Assembly: GCA_018241665.1 (NCBI GenBank) | Contig: JAFEDK010000008.1 | Location: forward strand, 391,050-455,049 | Direction of reading: 5' to 3' | Length of the DNA: 64,000 nucleotides | Origin: Pseudomonadota bacterium | Lineage (GTDB): Bacteria > Pseudomonadota > Gammaproteobacteria > Burkholderiales > Rhodocyclaceae | Part shown: in pieces, positions 1 through 10,266 of the stretch | Numbering within the stretch: position 1 is the stretch's first letter | Layout: each line of letters starts with the position of its first letter | Notes under the pieces: generated by a model | What the model saw: the letters and a program-made list of their open reading frames with translations, nothing else | What the model was told of the DNA's origin: nothing | Databases searched by the model: none | Made by a program: the position numbers and the translations under genes

Positions 1-719
1 AAAAACAACTGCTGATTGCCGCCGCAATGGCCGCTCTCGGCCTGTCTGCCTCCGCCAGCTTCGCCAAAGATGTCGTCGTGGATACGAAAGGCGAAGTCCC
101 CTACGTGATCGACGCCCGTTCCGTTGTGGCCCGTAGCGGCCATGATCTGTGCTGGCGCACCGGCTACTGGACCCCGGCTGCTGCCTCCACCACTCTGGCT
201 GGCGACCTGCCGGTCGGCTGCGAGTGCGACAAGGACGTCGTGCCCCAGGACAAGTGCGTGAAGACCGCTGCTGCCCCGGCTGCTGGCGCCAAGAGCGCTC
301 CGGCTCCGGTTGCCGCTCCGGCCCCTGTTGCTGAGAAGGTCAAGCTGGCCGCCGACGCTCTCTTCGAATTCGACAAAGCTGTCCTGCTGCCCGCTGGCAA
401 GACCAAGCTGGACGACCTGGCCGCCAAGTCCAAGGACGTCAAGCTGGAAGTCATCCTGGCCGTTGGCCACACCGACCGCATCGGTAGCGACACCTACAAC
501 CAGAAGCTCTCCGAGAAGCGCGCAGCTGCCGTGAAGAGCTACCTGGTCAGCAAGGGCATCGAAGCCAACCGTGTTTACACCGAGGGCAAGGGCGAAAAGC
601 AGCCCGTCACCGGCAACACCTGCAAGAACCTCGGCAAGGAATCCGGCAAGAACAAGAAGCTGGTCGACTGCCTGCAGCCGGACCGTCGCGTGGAAATCGA
701 AGTCATCGGCACCAAGTAA
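1..719 (+). CDS. ompA: OmpA-family outer membrane/peptidoglycan-associated protein (5' end probably just outside the window)
   Basis: The frame is open from base 3 (KQLLIAAAMAALGL..., signal-peptide-like). Pro/Ala linker, then an OmpA C-terminal domain (LAADALFEFDK, GHTDRIGS..YNQKLSEKRA, DRRVEIEV). Confidence 0.9.
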   Translation, partial: KQLLIAAAMAALGLSASASFAKDVVVDTKGEVPYVIDARSVVARSGHDLCWRTGYWTPAAASTTLAGDLPVGCECDKDVVPQDKCVKTAAAPAAGAKSAPAPVAAPAPVAEKVKLAADALFEFDKAVLLPAGKTKLDDLAAKSKDVKLEVILAVGHTDRIGSDTYNQKLSEKRAAAVKSYLVSKGIEANRVYTEGKGEKQPVTGNTCKNLGKESGKNKKLVDCLQPDRRVEIEVIGTK

Positions 720-780
720 TCGCCGATTGGCCGACCCCACGCGGGTCAGCTAGAAGCCCTGCACCGCAGGGCTTCCATAG

Positions 781-819
781 AATCCCTACTGAGTGAAAGC
801 GCAGTAGGGATTTTTTTTT
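781..819 (+). terminator. Rho-independent terminator of ompA
   Basis: AATCCCTACTG...GAAA...CAGTAGGGATT hairpin followed by a run of T. Confidence 0.85.
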
Positions 820-860
820 GAAGGACCTTTCGGCCAAGACAAGGGAAGAGAAAACAGGCC

Positions 861-1661
861 TCAGGGCTGCTGCAACAGCGCCTTGATGAACGAAGCAGGA
901 ATAGCGTAGGAAATCGCCGATGGATTCGTGATCGCAGCCTCCTTGCTGCCCTTCACAAACACCATATTCACGATACCGAGCACCTCGCCGGTTTCAGGAC
1001 TATAGATAGGACTGCCGCTATTGCCCGGATAGGAAACCGCATCCAGCTGAAAAACAAAATATGAACCAGTTGCAAGACGACGCAAAGTCTGTCCTTCCAG
1101 CTGGCGCGCAGTAGGAAGTGGTTGCCCTGCCGGGGTGATGGCAGAGATTATCCCCTTGTGGGTTACCGGCACGATGCCGATGGCCGAACCCAGCGGGAAC
1201 CCGGTCAGGGCGATGTCCTGACCATCCCGCACGGCATCCGAGTTACCGATGCGCAGTGCCGGCATCGGTGGGCCGTCAAACCGCAGCACCGCAAGATCGT
1301 GATCCCGATCCACCGCCTCCCGTCTAACCGGTCGGGCCGAGACCCGCCCTGCTCCCGGCAAGGCAATGACCAGTTGCTCCTTGTTCTCAACGCTCTCGAC
1401 GACAGCCCCTTCCACGTGAGCATTAGTCACCACCTGATTGCCATTGCCAGTGACGAAGCCGGTACCGAGAAAGCGGAACTGGGGGCTGCGAGTCGGAGCG
1501 AAGGTTCCGACCGCCACAACCGACTTCTTGACGAGTGCAACGGTATCGGGCAAATCCGCCCGGGCATCCATCGACGCGCAGACAGACAGGCCACCAACAA
1601 CTCCAGCCACGAGCGCCGGTACCGACCACAAAAATCCACGATCTGTTGCGCGGCGCGTCAT
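861..1661 (-). CDS. Secreted trypsin-like (S1) serine protease, PEP-CTERM-locus associated
   Basis: Signal-peptide-like N-terminus; triad motifs TNAH, HDLAVL, GNSGSP. Start overlaps the stop of the upstream gene (1658-1661). Confidence 0.85.
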   Translation of the reverse strand: MTRRATDRGFLWSVPALVAGVVGGLSVCASMDARADLPDTVALVKKSVVAVGTFAPTRSPQFRFLGTGFVTGNGNQVVTNAHVEGAVVESVENKEQLVIALPGAGRVSARPVRREAVDRDHDLAVLRFDGPPMPALRIGNSDAVRDGQDIALTGFPLGSAIGIVPVTHKGIISAITPAGQPLPTARQLEGQTLRRLATGSYFVFQLDAVSYPGNSGSPIYSPETGEVLGIVNMVFVKGSKEAAITNPSAISYAIPASFIKALLQQP

Positions 1662-2560
1662 CGGCCAACCACCTTCAGCGCCTGCAACACTGGTGACGCA
1701 TCGACGACACGGGCGTCGAAAGGATGCTCGGTCCGTGGGAAAAACTCCAGAATCCGCTTCACGTAGTTCTGCGTCTCCTTGTATGGCGGCACCCCTCGAT
1801 AGCGATCAACCGCCCCCTCACCAGCGTTGTAACCCGCCACAGCCAACGCCACGTTACCGCGATAGTAGGCTAGCAACCAGCGCAGATATGCGAGGCCACC
1901 CTTGATGTTCTGCACCGGGTCGAAACTATCCTTGACGTTGAAACGGCTCGCCGTCTCGGGGATCAACTGCATCACGCCCATCGCATTCTTCGGCGACGTG
2001 GCATTAGGATCGAAATTAGACTCGGTCGTCGCTATGGCCAACGCCAAGCGTGGCTCGATGGAGAAACGCGGCGCCAGCGTGGTGACGAGCTCGACCATCT
2101 TCTTTTTCTGCTCGGGCAGGGACGCCAGATACTTCTGGGTATCCCAGGTATCTCTGGCAACGAAGCCCCGACCGGAGTCGCGGGATGCCAGGCAGTCCGG
2201 CACGGCACCGGTGTACTCGCCGGCCAGACGTCTTGCCTTCTCGGCGCCCGCGTGCCCCTTGAACAGCGCCATCTCGAACAGGGTTGCCGCGTAACGGTCA
2301 TCACGCTCCACACCGCGACCATTGATGTACATCCAACCAAGGCTGTACATGGCCTCGGCATTGCCCATCAGCGCCGCCTCGCAATAAAGCTCGACGGCCC
2401 GCTCGGGATCACGCGGCACACCTTCACCGTGCTCATATGCCACGGCCTGCTCGACGATCCGGGTAGAGTCGGCATCCTGCTCGGCCGCCCGCGCAAGGCC
2501 GACAGCGCCGAGACCAAACCCGACAAGCAGAAGCAGATGTTTCCGCCACCCGAACATCAC
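1658..2560 (-). CDS. Sel1-repeat lytic transglycosylase (SLT domain)
   Basis: Sel1-like repeats (YEHGEGVPRD, YSLGWMYINGRGV) followed by SLT motifs ES-N, AMGVMQLIP, AGYNAGEG, PPYKETQNYV. Confidence 0.88.
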   Translation of the reverse strand: MMFGWRKHLLLLVGFGLGAVGLARAAEQDADSTRIVEQAVAYEHGEGVPRDPERAVELYCEAALMGNAEAMYSLGWMYINGRGVERDDRYAATLFEMALFKGHAGAEKARRLAGEYTGAVPDCLASRDSGRGFVARDTWDTQKYLASLPEQKKKMVELVTTLAPRFSIEPRLALAIATTESNFDPNATSPKNAMGVMQLIPETASRFNVKDSFDPVQNIKGGLAYLRWLLAYYRGNVALAVAGYNAGEGAVDRYRGVPPYKETQNYVKRILEFFPRTEHPFDARVVDASPVLQALKVVGR

Positions 2561-2580
2561 GGCACCACGCCCTACTGCAC

Positions 2581-3861
2581 TCAGAGACGCCAGACCGTCA
2601 CACCCGCGGCTTCGAGGGCAGACTGATCATAGAAACTCTTGACGTCGGAAAACACACCGTTCGGCTCGAGCTTCTCGCTCAAACGCCCCTCGCCCAGCCT
2701 GGTGTACTCACTGTGCGCTACAGCCGCCACGATGGCCTTGGCACGCGGCAAATCGTCCCACGCAGTCAAGCTGACGCCATACTCATGCTCCGCTTCGCCG
2801 GACTCGGCCACCGGATCATGCACAAGGACGTTGCAACCATAACTCTGGAGTTCATGGATTACGTCGATGACCTTGCTGTTACGCAGGTCAGGGCAGTTCT
2901 CCTTGAATGTCAGGCCCAGCACGATGACGTTGGCGCCCTTGATGTTGTGACCCGCGCCGATCATCTGCTTGACGGTCTGCTCGGCCACGTACTTGCCCAT
3001 GCTGTCGTTGATACGGCGGCCGGCGAGGATGACCTGCGGGTGATAGCCCAGCATATCGGCCTTGTGGGTCAGATAATAAGGATCGACACCGATACAGTGC
3101 CCCCCCACCAAACCCGGCCGGAACGGCAGGAAGTTCCACTTGGTACCAGCGGCCTGCAGGACCTCGAGGGTATCGATTCCGATCTTGTGGAAAATGACCG
3201 ACAACTCGTTCATCAGTGCGATGTTCAGATCGCGTTGCGTGTTCTCGATCACCTTGGCAGCCTCGGCCACCTTGATGGAACTGGCCGGGTAGACCCCGGC
3301 GGTGATCACCGAAGCGTACGTCTCGGCAACCTTCTTCAGGGTTTCGGGGGAGTCACCCGACACGACCTTGACGATCTTGGTGAGAGTCCGTTCCTTGTCC
3401 CCCGGGTTGATCCGCTCCGGCGAGTACCCGACGAAGAAGTCCTCCTTCCACTTGAGACCGGAACACTTCTCCAGAATGGGAATGCACACCTCTTCCGTCG
3501 CCCCCGGATAAACCGTGGACTCATAAACCACTGTCGCGCCACGCTTCAGGTGACGACCAACGCTTTCAGACGACTTGACCAAAGGCGTGAAGTCCGGCTG
3601 ATGCGCCTCATCCACAGGAGTCGGAACAGCCACGATGATGAAGTCCGCCTCACCGATCACATTGGGATCGGTACTGCACGTGAGATGAACGGCAGCCTTC
3701 AGATCCTCGGTGCTGACTTCGCCTGTCGGATCCACGAAGCGGCCGTAGGCTGCCACTTTCTCGGCAGACAGATCAAAACCGACGGTCCGTGTCTTCTTGC
3801 CGAACTCGACAGCCAGCGGAAGCCCCACATAACCGAGGCCGATAACAGCGATGGTACTCAT
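2581..3861 (-). CDS. Nucleotide-sugar dehydrogenase (UDP-HexNAc 6-dehydrogenase, TviB/WbpO-like)
   Basis: GLGYVG Rossmann motif, ESTVYPG, YSPERINPG, catalytic GGHCIGVDPYYL, GLTFKENCPDLRNS. Confidence 0.92.
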   Translation of the reverse strand: MSTIAVIGLGYVGLPLAVEFGKKTRTVGFDLSAEKVAAYGRFVDPTGEVSTEDLKAAVHLTCSTDPNVIGEADFIIVAVPTPVDEAHQPDFTPLVKSSESVGRHLKRGATVVYESTVYPGATEEVCIPILEKCSGLKWKEDFFVGYSPERINPGDKERTLTKIVKVVSGDSPETLKKVAETYASVITAGVYPASSIKVAEAAKVIENTQRDLNIALMNELSVIFHKIGIDTLEVLQAAGTKWNFLPFRPGLVGGHCIGVDPYYLTHKADMLGYHPQVILAGRRINDSMGKYVAEQTVKQMIGAGHNIKGANVIVLGLTFKENCPDLRNSKVIDVIHELQSYGCNVLVHDPVAESGEAEHEYGVSLTAWDDLPRAKAIVAAVAHSEYTRLGEGRLSEKLEPNGVFSDVKSFYDQSALEAAGVTVWRL

Positions 3862-3902
3862 GATCTCATTCCTGCAATAAGGGTAGCGGGTAGTACAAGC
3901 CG

Positions 3903-6710
3903 TTACAGCGTGGCGCGCAGCTTTTCGACTTCAGCACGGATCGGCGTCTTCTCAGGCGCGTTCCTCAAAGCCATATCGAGCTCCCGGCGGGCGCCATCCT
4001 TGTCCCCGGACTTGATCAAGGCCTTGGCCAGGCTGATCCGCAGCTGCGGCATATTGGGACCAAGACCGACCGCCTTCTTCAGGGTCTCGACCCCCTTGCT
4101 GACATCGCCACTCTCGACCTGCAGCACACCGTAGGTATCCAGGACCACAGGGCTGTTGGGCGCCAGGCTGACTGCCTGCTGGGCGACCGAAAGGGCATTG
4201 CCATCCTTCAACTTGCCCAACGCCCAGGCCAGGTTGTTGAGCAGCATGGGGTTCTTCGGCGCAATCTCCAGCATCTGGCGATACTGCTGAGCGGCCAGAT
4301 CATATTTCTGGGCCGTCAGGTTGCTTTCCGCGATATAGGTGCGCAGCATCAGGTCCTTCGGATTAGCCTTCGTCCATTCGGCCGCCAGCTTCGTAGCCTC
4401 CTGAGCCTGACCTGTGGCAGCCCGGGCCGCGTACAGCCGAATCACGCCCTGAGGGGTCTTGTCACGCTGATAAGCCTCGCTGTAAGCCGCGACGGCTTCG
4501 CTCTTCTTGCCCAGCGCAAACAGGACGTCACCCTCCAGCGCGAAGCCCACGGCAGACTTGCTGTGCTGCTTCTCCACATCCTTGGCAACACGAATCGCCT
4601 CCTCGCCACGCTGGCTATTTACCAGGACGTTGATGAGGCGCTGCTGGGCTTCGATGCTATCGGGCTTGAGCGTCAGCGCCTTGCGCAGGGAACGCTCAGC
4701 TGCCGCGTTGTCCTTGGCTGCCGCCTGCAAGTCCGCCAGTGCGAGCAAGGGTGTGGGCGCATTGGGCTGCCGCTCCACCAGCTTCCCGTAGGTCGAGATT
4801 GCCTGTTGCCGCTCACCTGCAGCAAGCTGGGCTCGCCCCAGCAGATCAAGGACGGTGGGGTCGTCCGGAGCGGCCACGGAGGCTTCCTGAGCCAGCAAGA
4901 GCGCCCGCTTCGTATCACCGAGTTGAACCAGCATACGCACCAGCGCAACACGGATGGGCAAGGCGGTCGGGATCTCGGCAAGCCCCTTCTCAAGTACGGC
5001 CTGTACGTCTTTCGTGCCCCCACCGGTCATGGCCAGCAGTTCAGCATGCTGGAGATAGCCCTCGGGGAGCTTCTTGTTCTTGCTCGTGAAATCCTCGTAG
5101 CGCTTGCGCGCGGCAGCCGGGTTCTTGTCTCCCACGTCAAGGCGGGCCAGGTTGCTGACTGCAGGGAGGAAGTCCGGTTTCAGTTCCAGTGCCTTCTCGA
5201 AGGCCTTGCGTGCACCAGCGGCATCGCGGCTGGCCATATACACCCCGCCCTTCAGATTGAACGTCACGGGGTCGGTTGGCCGCTTCTTCTCCAGGGTCTG
5301 CACGGCTGCCATCGCCTTCGCCGCTTCACCACGCCGCAAGTGAGCCATGATGAGCGCGATATCGGCCTGGACACTCTCCGCATCGAGCGCAGATGCGGCT
5401 TCCAGATCCTGGAAGGCACGGTCGGTTTCGCCCGCCGCCAGACGGGACACACCGAGGCGGGTCCGGTACTGGGCATTCTTCGGGTCAGCCTGGCTGGCCC
5501 GGCGGAAATACTCTTCGGAACGGGTGAAGTCGCCGTTCATCGCATAGACCTGACCGGCCAGATTCAGCACCGCCAGATCATCCCCAGCGCCCTTCAGCAG
5601 GGGCTGCAACTCTTCGAGTGCCTTCACCGGCTCCTGCAAACCGATATAAGTCGCAACTAGCAGTCGCCGTGCCAGCAGCTGGTTCGGCGACTTCTCAAGC
5701 ACCTTGGTGAGGCTCTCCCGCGCCTGCGCGAAGTCGCGCCGCTGCAGTTGCAGGCTGCCGGCCAGCACCAGCGCCGGCGTGTGGTCCGGAGCAACACGCA
5801 GCACCTGCTGGATTCCGTCGTATGCCTCCTTGGACTTACCATTCCTCACGTCGAGGAAGGCTTGCAAGTAAAACGTCAGGGGGTGATTACCGGCAACCTT
5901 CTTCAGGTCCTGGAGCTTGCTCTGCGCGACGTCCAGCTTGTTGGCCCGCAGCAGCTGCCCGATCAGGTTCTGGTAGGCCACCAGATCGGTAGGCCTGGCA
6001 GCAATGACCGCCTCGAATTCCGGAATGGCCTCCTCGAACCGGCCCAGCACGAGCAACAAATCGCCGCGCAGGCTATGTGCTTCGGGCAGTTGGGGGGCAT
6101 CCTTGATGATCGCATCGGCATCGGCCAGGGCGCCCTCCAGATCACGCGCCCCCGCCTTGACTCTCGCCAGGCCGACACGTGCCATCGGGAAATCACGCAC
6201 CTCGCCGAGCGCCTCCTTGTAGGCCTCCACGGCTGCTTCCCGCTTGCCCTGGGCCAGCTCGGCCGAACCGACGGAAGCCAGCAAGGCTGCCCGCGCCTCC
6301 GCCTGGGACAGCTTCTGGCCCTTGAGTTCGGTCAGTACCCGCGTCGCCTGACCGCTCAGAATCAGACTTTCAGCCAGCTTCGGCACGACGAGATCCGCAG
6401 AGAAACCCAGATCAAGGGCGCGCTTGAACTCCTTCTCGGCATCCGCATAGTTGCCTTGCAGGAAATTCACCTGTCCCATCAGGTAACGCGCTTCGGCCAA
6501 GCTGGGATTCTTTTGCAGCGCGTTCTTCAGCTGGATGGTCGCCGCATTGGTATCGTTCTTTGCCAGATATTCCTTGGCGGAGGCGACCATCGACTCCGGG
6601 TTGCCTCCACAGGCCACCAGAAGAAGGGCGCACAAGGCACTCACGGCGGTGTTGCGCACTTTGCTGCCACGCTTGAACGAAGAACGCATCTGCAGGGGTC
6701 CTTGAGTCAC
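3903..6710 (-). CDS. prsT: XrtA/PEP-CTERM system TPR-repeat lipoprotein PrsT
   Basis: Lipobox LLVAC, AAxIQLKNALQKNP motif, many TPR repeats, position directly after prsR. The true start may be a few codons downstream of 6710. Confidence 0.9.
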   Translation of the reverse strand: MTQGPLQMRSSFKRGSKVRNTAVSALCALLLVACGGNPESMVASAKEYLAKNDTNAATIQLKNALQKNPSLAEARYLMGQVNFLQGNYADAEKEFKRALDLGFSADLVVPKLAESLILSGQATRVLTELKGQKLSQAEARAALLASVGSAELAQGKREAAVEAYKEALGEVRDFPMARVGLARVKAGARDLEGALADADAIIKDAPQLPEAHSLRGDLLLVLGRFEEAIPEFEAVIAARPTDLVAYQNLIGQLLRANKLDVAQSKLQDLKKVAGNHPLTFYLQAFLDVRNGKSKEAYDGIQQVLRVAPDHTPALVLAGSLQLQRRDFAQARESLTKVLEKSPNQLLARRLLVATYIGLQEPVKALEELQPLLKGAGDDLAVLNLAGQVYAMNGDFTRSEEYFRRASQADPKNAQYRTRLGVSRLAAGETDRAFQDLEAASALDAESVQADIALIMAHLRRGEAAKAMAAVQTLEKKRPTDPVTFNLKGGVYMASRDAAGARKAFEKALELKPDFLPAVSNLARLDVGDKNPAAARKRYEDFTSKNKKLPEGYLQHAELLAMTGGGTKDVQAVLEKGLAEIPTALPIRVALVRMLVQLGDTKRALLLAQEASVAAPDDPTVLDLLGRAQLAAGERQQAISTYGKLVERQPNAPTPLLALADLQAAAKDNAAAERSLRKALTLKPDSIEAQQRLINVLVNSQRGEEAIRVAKDVEKQHSKSAVGFALEGDVLFALGKKSEAVAAYSEAYQRDKTPQGVIRLYAARAATGQAQEATKLAAEWTKANPKDLMLRTYIAESNLTAQKYDLAAQQYRQMLEIAPKNPMLLNNLAWALGKLKDGNALSVAQQAVSLAPNSPVVLDTYGVLQVESGDVSKGVETLKKAVGLGPNMPQLRISLAKALIKSGDKDGARRELDMALRNAPEKTPIRAEVEKLRATL

Positions 6711-8074
6711 GTTGAAATCTCTTTCTTCAAACCGAAGCGGTTCATCAAATCGTATAGGGTCGGGCGGCTGATGCCCAGGACCTCTGCTGCACGGGCCACG
6801 TTGCCATTGACCCGGGCCATGACCCGCACCACTGCGCGACGCTCGGCCTCCTCACGCACAACCCGCAGGTTCAGCGCCTCCAGCTCCTCGTCGGGATTCA
6901 CGCCAAGCCCCACGTCATCGGCCGTGATGCAGTTCGCGTCAGCCATGATGACTGCTCGCTTGATGGCATTTTCGAGTTCGCGAATGTTGCCCGGCCAGCG
7001 GTGGGACTCGATGCTTTGCACCGCATCGTCGGTGAGGCTCATCGACCCGCGGCCATGATCGCTGGCAAAACGCTGCACGAAAGCATGGGCAAGCAGCACC
7101 GCATCACCGTCCCGGTCCCGCAGCGCAGGGATGTCCACCACGATTTCTGCAAGGCGGTAATAAAGGTCTTCCCGGAAACGTCCGGCCTGGATCAGGCCCT
7201 TCACATCCTGGTGTGTCGCACAGATGATGCGCACATCGACGGGGATTTCTTCACGACCACCTATACGCTCGATAACGCGCTCCTGAAGGAAGCGCAGCAG
7301 CTTGGCCTGAAGCGGCATCGGCAGGTCACCGATTTCATCGAGGAACAGGGTGCCTTTGTTGGCGACCTCGATCTTGCCCAGCGTCTGTTTCACGGCCCCG
7401 GTGAATGCCCCCTTCTCGTAGCCAAACAATTCGCTTTCGAGCAGGTTTTCCGGAATGGCCGCGCAGTTGATGGCGACGAAACGTTCATTGCGGCGGGGCG
7501 ACAACTCGTGCAGCCCCCGGGCCAGCACTTCCTTGCCGGTACCGCTCTCGCCCAGCAGCATGACGGTGACGTTGGCCGACGCGACCTTCTCGATCAGGCG
7601 GCACACCCGCAACATGCCGGGATCCCGAGTGATCACGCCCGACAAGGCACTGCCCTGCTGGATCTTGAGCTTGCGGTTATCCTGCTGCAGGTCGTACAGA
7701 CGCAGCGCGCGGTCGAGCGTCAGGGCAAGCAATTCGGGCTCGAAGGGCTTGGCGAAGAAGTCATAGGCCCCCATGCCCACGGCTCGCACTGCATTCTCCC
7801 GGTCGTGCTGGCCGGTCAGCACCACCACCTTGGTGTCCGGCGCCAGCGCCAGAATCTCGCCGAGGAGCTTGAATCCCTCGGTCACGTCATCAGGCGCAGG
7901 CGGCAGGCCCAGATCCATCGTCACGACAGCCGGCTCATGGCGCCGCAACTGGGCAATGGCCTCCTCCCGGTCGGTTGCGACTACCGTCTCGTACTGATCG
8001 AAGGCCCAGCGCATCTGCTTCTGCAGTGCAGGATCGTCCTCGACAATCAACAAAGTCCTGCGTTTATCACTCAT
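6707..8074 (-). CDS. prsR: PEP-CTERM-box sigma54-dependent response regulator PrsR
   Basis: REC domain (VVTMDLGLPP), AAA+ GESGTGKE and GAFTGA, Fis-type HTH; lies between prsK and prsT. Confidence 0.93.
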   Translation of the reverse strand: MSDKRRTLLIVEDDPALQKQMRWAFDQYETVVATDREEAIAQLRRHEPAVVTMDLGLPPAPDDVTEGFKLLGEILALAPDTKVVVLTGQHDRENAVRAVGMGAYDFFAKPFEPELLALTLDRALRLYDLQQDNRKLKIQQGSALSGVITRDPGMLRVCRLIEKVASANVTVMLLGESGTGKEVLARGLHELSPRRNERFVAINCAAIPENLLESELFGYEKGAFTGAVKQTLGKIEVANKGTLFLDEIGDLPMPLQAKLLRFLQERVIERIGGREEIPVDVRIICATHQDVKGLIQAGRFREDLYYRLAEIVVDIPALRDRDGDAVLLAHAFVQRFASDHGRGSMSLTDDAVQSIESHRWPGNIRELENAIKRAVIMADANCITADDVGLGVNPDEELEALNLRVVREEAERRAVVRVMARVNGNVARAAEVLGISRPTLYDLMNRFGLKKEIST

Positions 8075-8079
8075 ATCGA

Positions 8080-10176
8080 CTACTCAGCCAATGCTTCGAT
8101 TCCGGCGTTCTGGGTTTGCCCTGCCAGCGGCAGGCGGATGTCGAATCGGGAGCCGACCCCCACCTCGCTCTGCACCGTAAGGGTACCCCCGAGTTCATTC
8201 ACATACTGCTGGGACTCGTAAGCCCCGATTCCCATCCCGCTGGACTTGGTCGTTTGGAAAGGCCTGAACAACTGTTCCCGGACGAAGGCTTCCGACATTC
8301 CCGACCCCGTATCACACACGGCAATGCGGGCGAAATTACCCTCCTGGGATAGCTCCACCGACACACTACCATGCTCGGGTGTCGCGTCGAGTGCATTTTG
8401 CACGATGTGGCCGAGTATCCGCTCCAAGCGCTCCGCATGGGCGAGAACCGTCAAATCCGGCGCCCCGGCGAGCATCACAGGGCACGGCTTGAACATGCGC
8501 CTGGACTGGATGATATGCTCAATGACCGTCTTGAGCTGAACAGGCCGACGTTGGTTGATGGGCGTCTTCTCCATCAGCTGGGTCATCAGCCCGCGCATTC
8601 GTGTCTCCACGTGCCTGACCGTATCCAGCATATCCGCCTGGAATTCCGGATTATCCTTGTGACGCTCCGCATTGCGCAACATGAGCGACAGCTGGGCAAC
8701 CAGATTCTTCAGGTCGTGAACCACAAAAGCCGACATACGGTTGAAGGCATCAAACTTGCGCGCCTCGATCAACGCCTCGGCTGTCTGCATGCGCGCGATA
8801 TAGCTGGCCGCTTGCCGACCGGCGATCTTGAGCAGGTCGAGCACCTCCCAGTTGACATCCACCGGCGTCCGCGGCGTCAGCAGAATCACGAAACCCACCA
8901 GCGTTCCAGATGAAATCAGGGGCACGATCAACCACATATCGGCCAGTTCGGACGCCCACGCCGGCATCGGCAGACCTGCGCCGGACGACAGGCCACTGCG
9001 CATCTCCTCCAGATTGACCACCCACTCCCGCTCCAGCAGAAAACGGCAAAACTCCGAGCCGGCTTGCTCCCGAACACCATAGTCGGGCATGTTCAGCCTC
9101 GCCTGCTGGCAATAATTGCCATTCAAGTCACACAGCCAGACCCCGCCCCCCGGGCTCTCGACGAGATCAGCAAGCGCCTTGACGACCGACTCCCCCAGAG
9201 TCAACCCATCACCAGCCACCGACAGGGACTGGGTCACGCTCAGCCATTCCTTCCGGTAATCATAGCGGTACGCAAAGAAATGCTTTGCCAGCAGCACCCG
9301 CAGACGCGCCCTGAAGGCACCAGACACCGCCAGCACACAGAGGAACAGCACGCCGCTAAACAGCAGCGCCAACTGCAGTGCCTCCCCCCATTCGCCACCG
9401 AAATAACGCATGTAATAGCCGGCCGCGGCAATCAGCAGGAGATACAGGCCCGACCCCGCCAAGGCCGTCGAATGGAACACCACATGACGGGAAACCGACA
9501 CCCGCAAGGTCCAGTCCGGATTCCGCGATGCGGAAATCACCAGCAAGGGGATGGTCAGGGTATGGGCGAAGCCGCGCACGCTCCAGGTCACCGGATCGAT
9601 CCGGGTGAACAGCAGCGTATCCGCATACAAATAGACGTCGAAGGCAAACAGGCTGCCGATGGCGAGCGCCAGGGGCTTGATGCCCCAGCGGTAACGCTCG
9701 GACACCGCACGATAGAAAAGCTCGAGCAGGACGAGACCGAACACCGAGGACAGCAGGGATGTTGCCGCCCAAGTGCGCATCGGGGTGCCATAAATCGGCA
9801 GACCAAGACTGAAACAGATGACACCGCCAGCCGCCAGCGCAACGACGGCCGAAGCCCCAGGAGCCGGCCAGCGCGGCATCCCGTCGTTGCTACCCTCGGC
9901 CGAGGGCTGCGACAGCAGCGCCACCAGGAAGCTGAACCACGCAGCCAGACGCAACACATCGAAGACATTGGCCAGCTGGAACAGCCAGCCCCATCCCGAC
10001 GCCGAGAAAGCCCAGTTTGCACCGGCCCACAGGGCCTCCATGATCGCCGCGGCGATCAGCAGCGCCCCGCTCCGGCCCTTCCTCCACGCCACCGCCAGAT
10101 AAAGCCCGAATACCGCATGGACGATGGCCGCGAACGCGTAACTCCAGACCGATACTTGGGACAGGACGAATTCCAT
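8080..10176 (-). CDS. prsK: XrtA/PEP-CTERM system histidine kinase PrsK
   Basis: Multi-TM N-terminus, YRYDYRKEW GAF-region motif, H-box AFVVHDLKN, HATPase DTGSGM...GMGIG. Confidence 0.93.
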   Translation of the reverse strand: MEFVLSQVSVWSYAFAAIVHAVFGLYLAVAWRKGRSGALLIAAAIMEALWAGANWAFSASGWGWLFQLANVFDVLRLAAWFSFLVALLSQPSAEGSNDGMPRWPAPGASAVVALAAGGVICFSLGLPIYGTPMRTWAATSLLSSVFGLVLLELFYRAVSERYRWGIKPLALAIGSLFAFDVYLYADTLLFTRIDPVTWSVRGFAHTLTIPLLVISASRNPDWTLRVSVSRHVVFHSTALAGSGLYLLLIAAAGYYMRYFGGEWGEALQLALLFSGVLFLCVLAVSGAFRARLRVLLAKHFFAYRYDYRKEWLSVTQSLSVAGDGLTLGESVVKALADLVESPGGGVWLCDLNGNYCQQARLNMPDYGVREQAGSEFCRFLLEREWVVNLEEMRSGLSSGAGLPMPAWASELADMWLIVPLISSGTLVGFVILLTPRTPVDVNWEVLDLLKIAGRQAASYIARMQTAEALIEARKFDAFNRMSAFVVHDLKNLVAQLSLMLRNAERHKDNPEFQADMLDTVRHVETRMRGLMTQLMEKTPINQRRPVQLKTVIEHIIQSRRMFKPCPVMLAGAPDLTVLAHAERLERILGHIVQNALDATPEHGSVSVELSQEGNFARIAVCDTGSGMSEAFVREQLFRPFQTTKSSGMGIGAYESQQYVNELGGTLTVQSEVGVGSRFDIRLPLAGQTQNAGIEALAE

Positions 10177-10197
10177 CAGATCTCAGCAGAAAGGCAC

Positions 10198-10220
10198 ATG
10201 CTCCCGGCACACGGGAGCAT
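10198..10220. other. Intergenic 9-bp hairpin between the sugar transferase gene and prsK
   Basis: ATGCTCCCG-GCACA-CGGGAGCAT perfect inverted repeat with no strong U-tract. Confidence 0.5.
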
Positions 10221-10266
10221 TGCAGCTCACCCCGTCAAGGGTGACAACAGAGCAACTGACGGAGGA

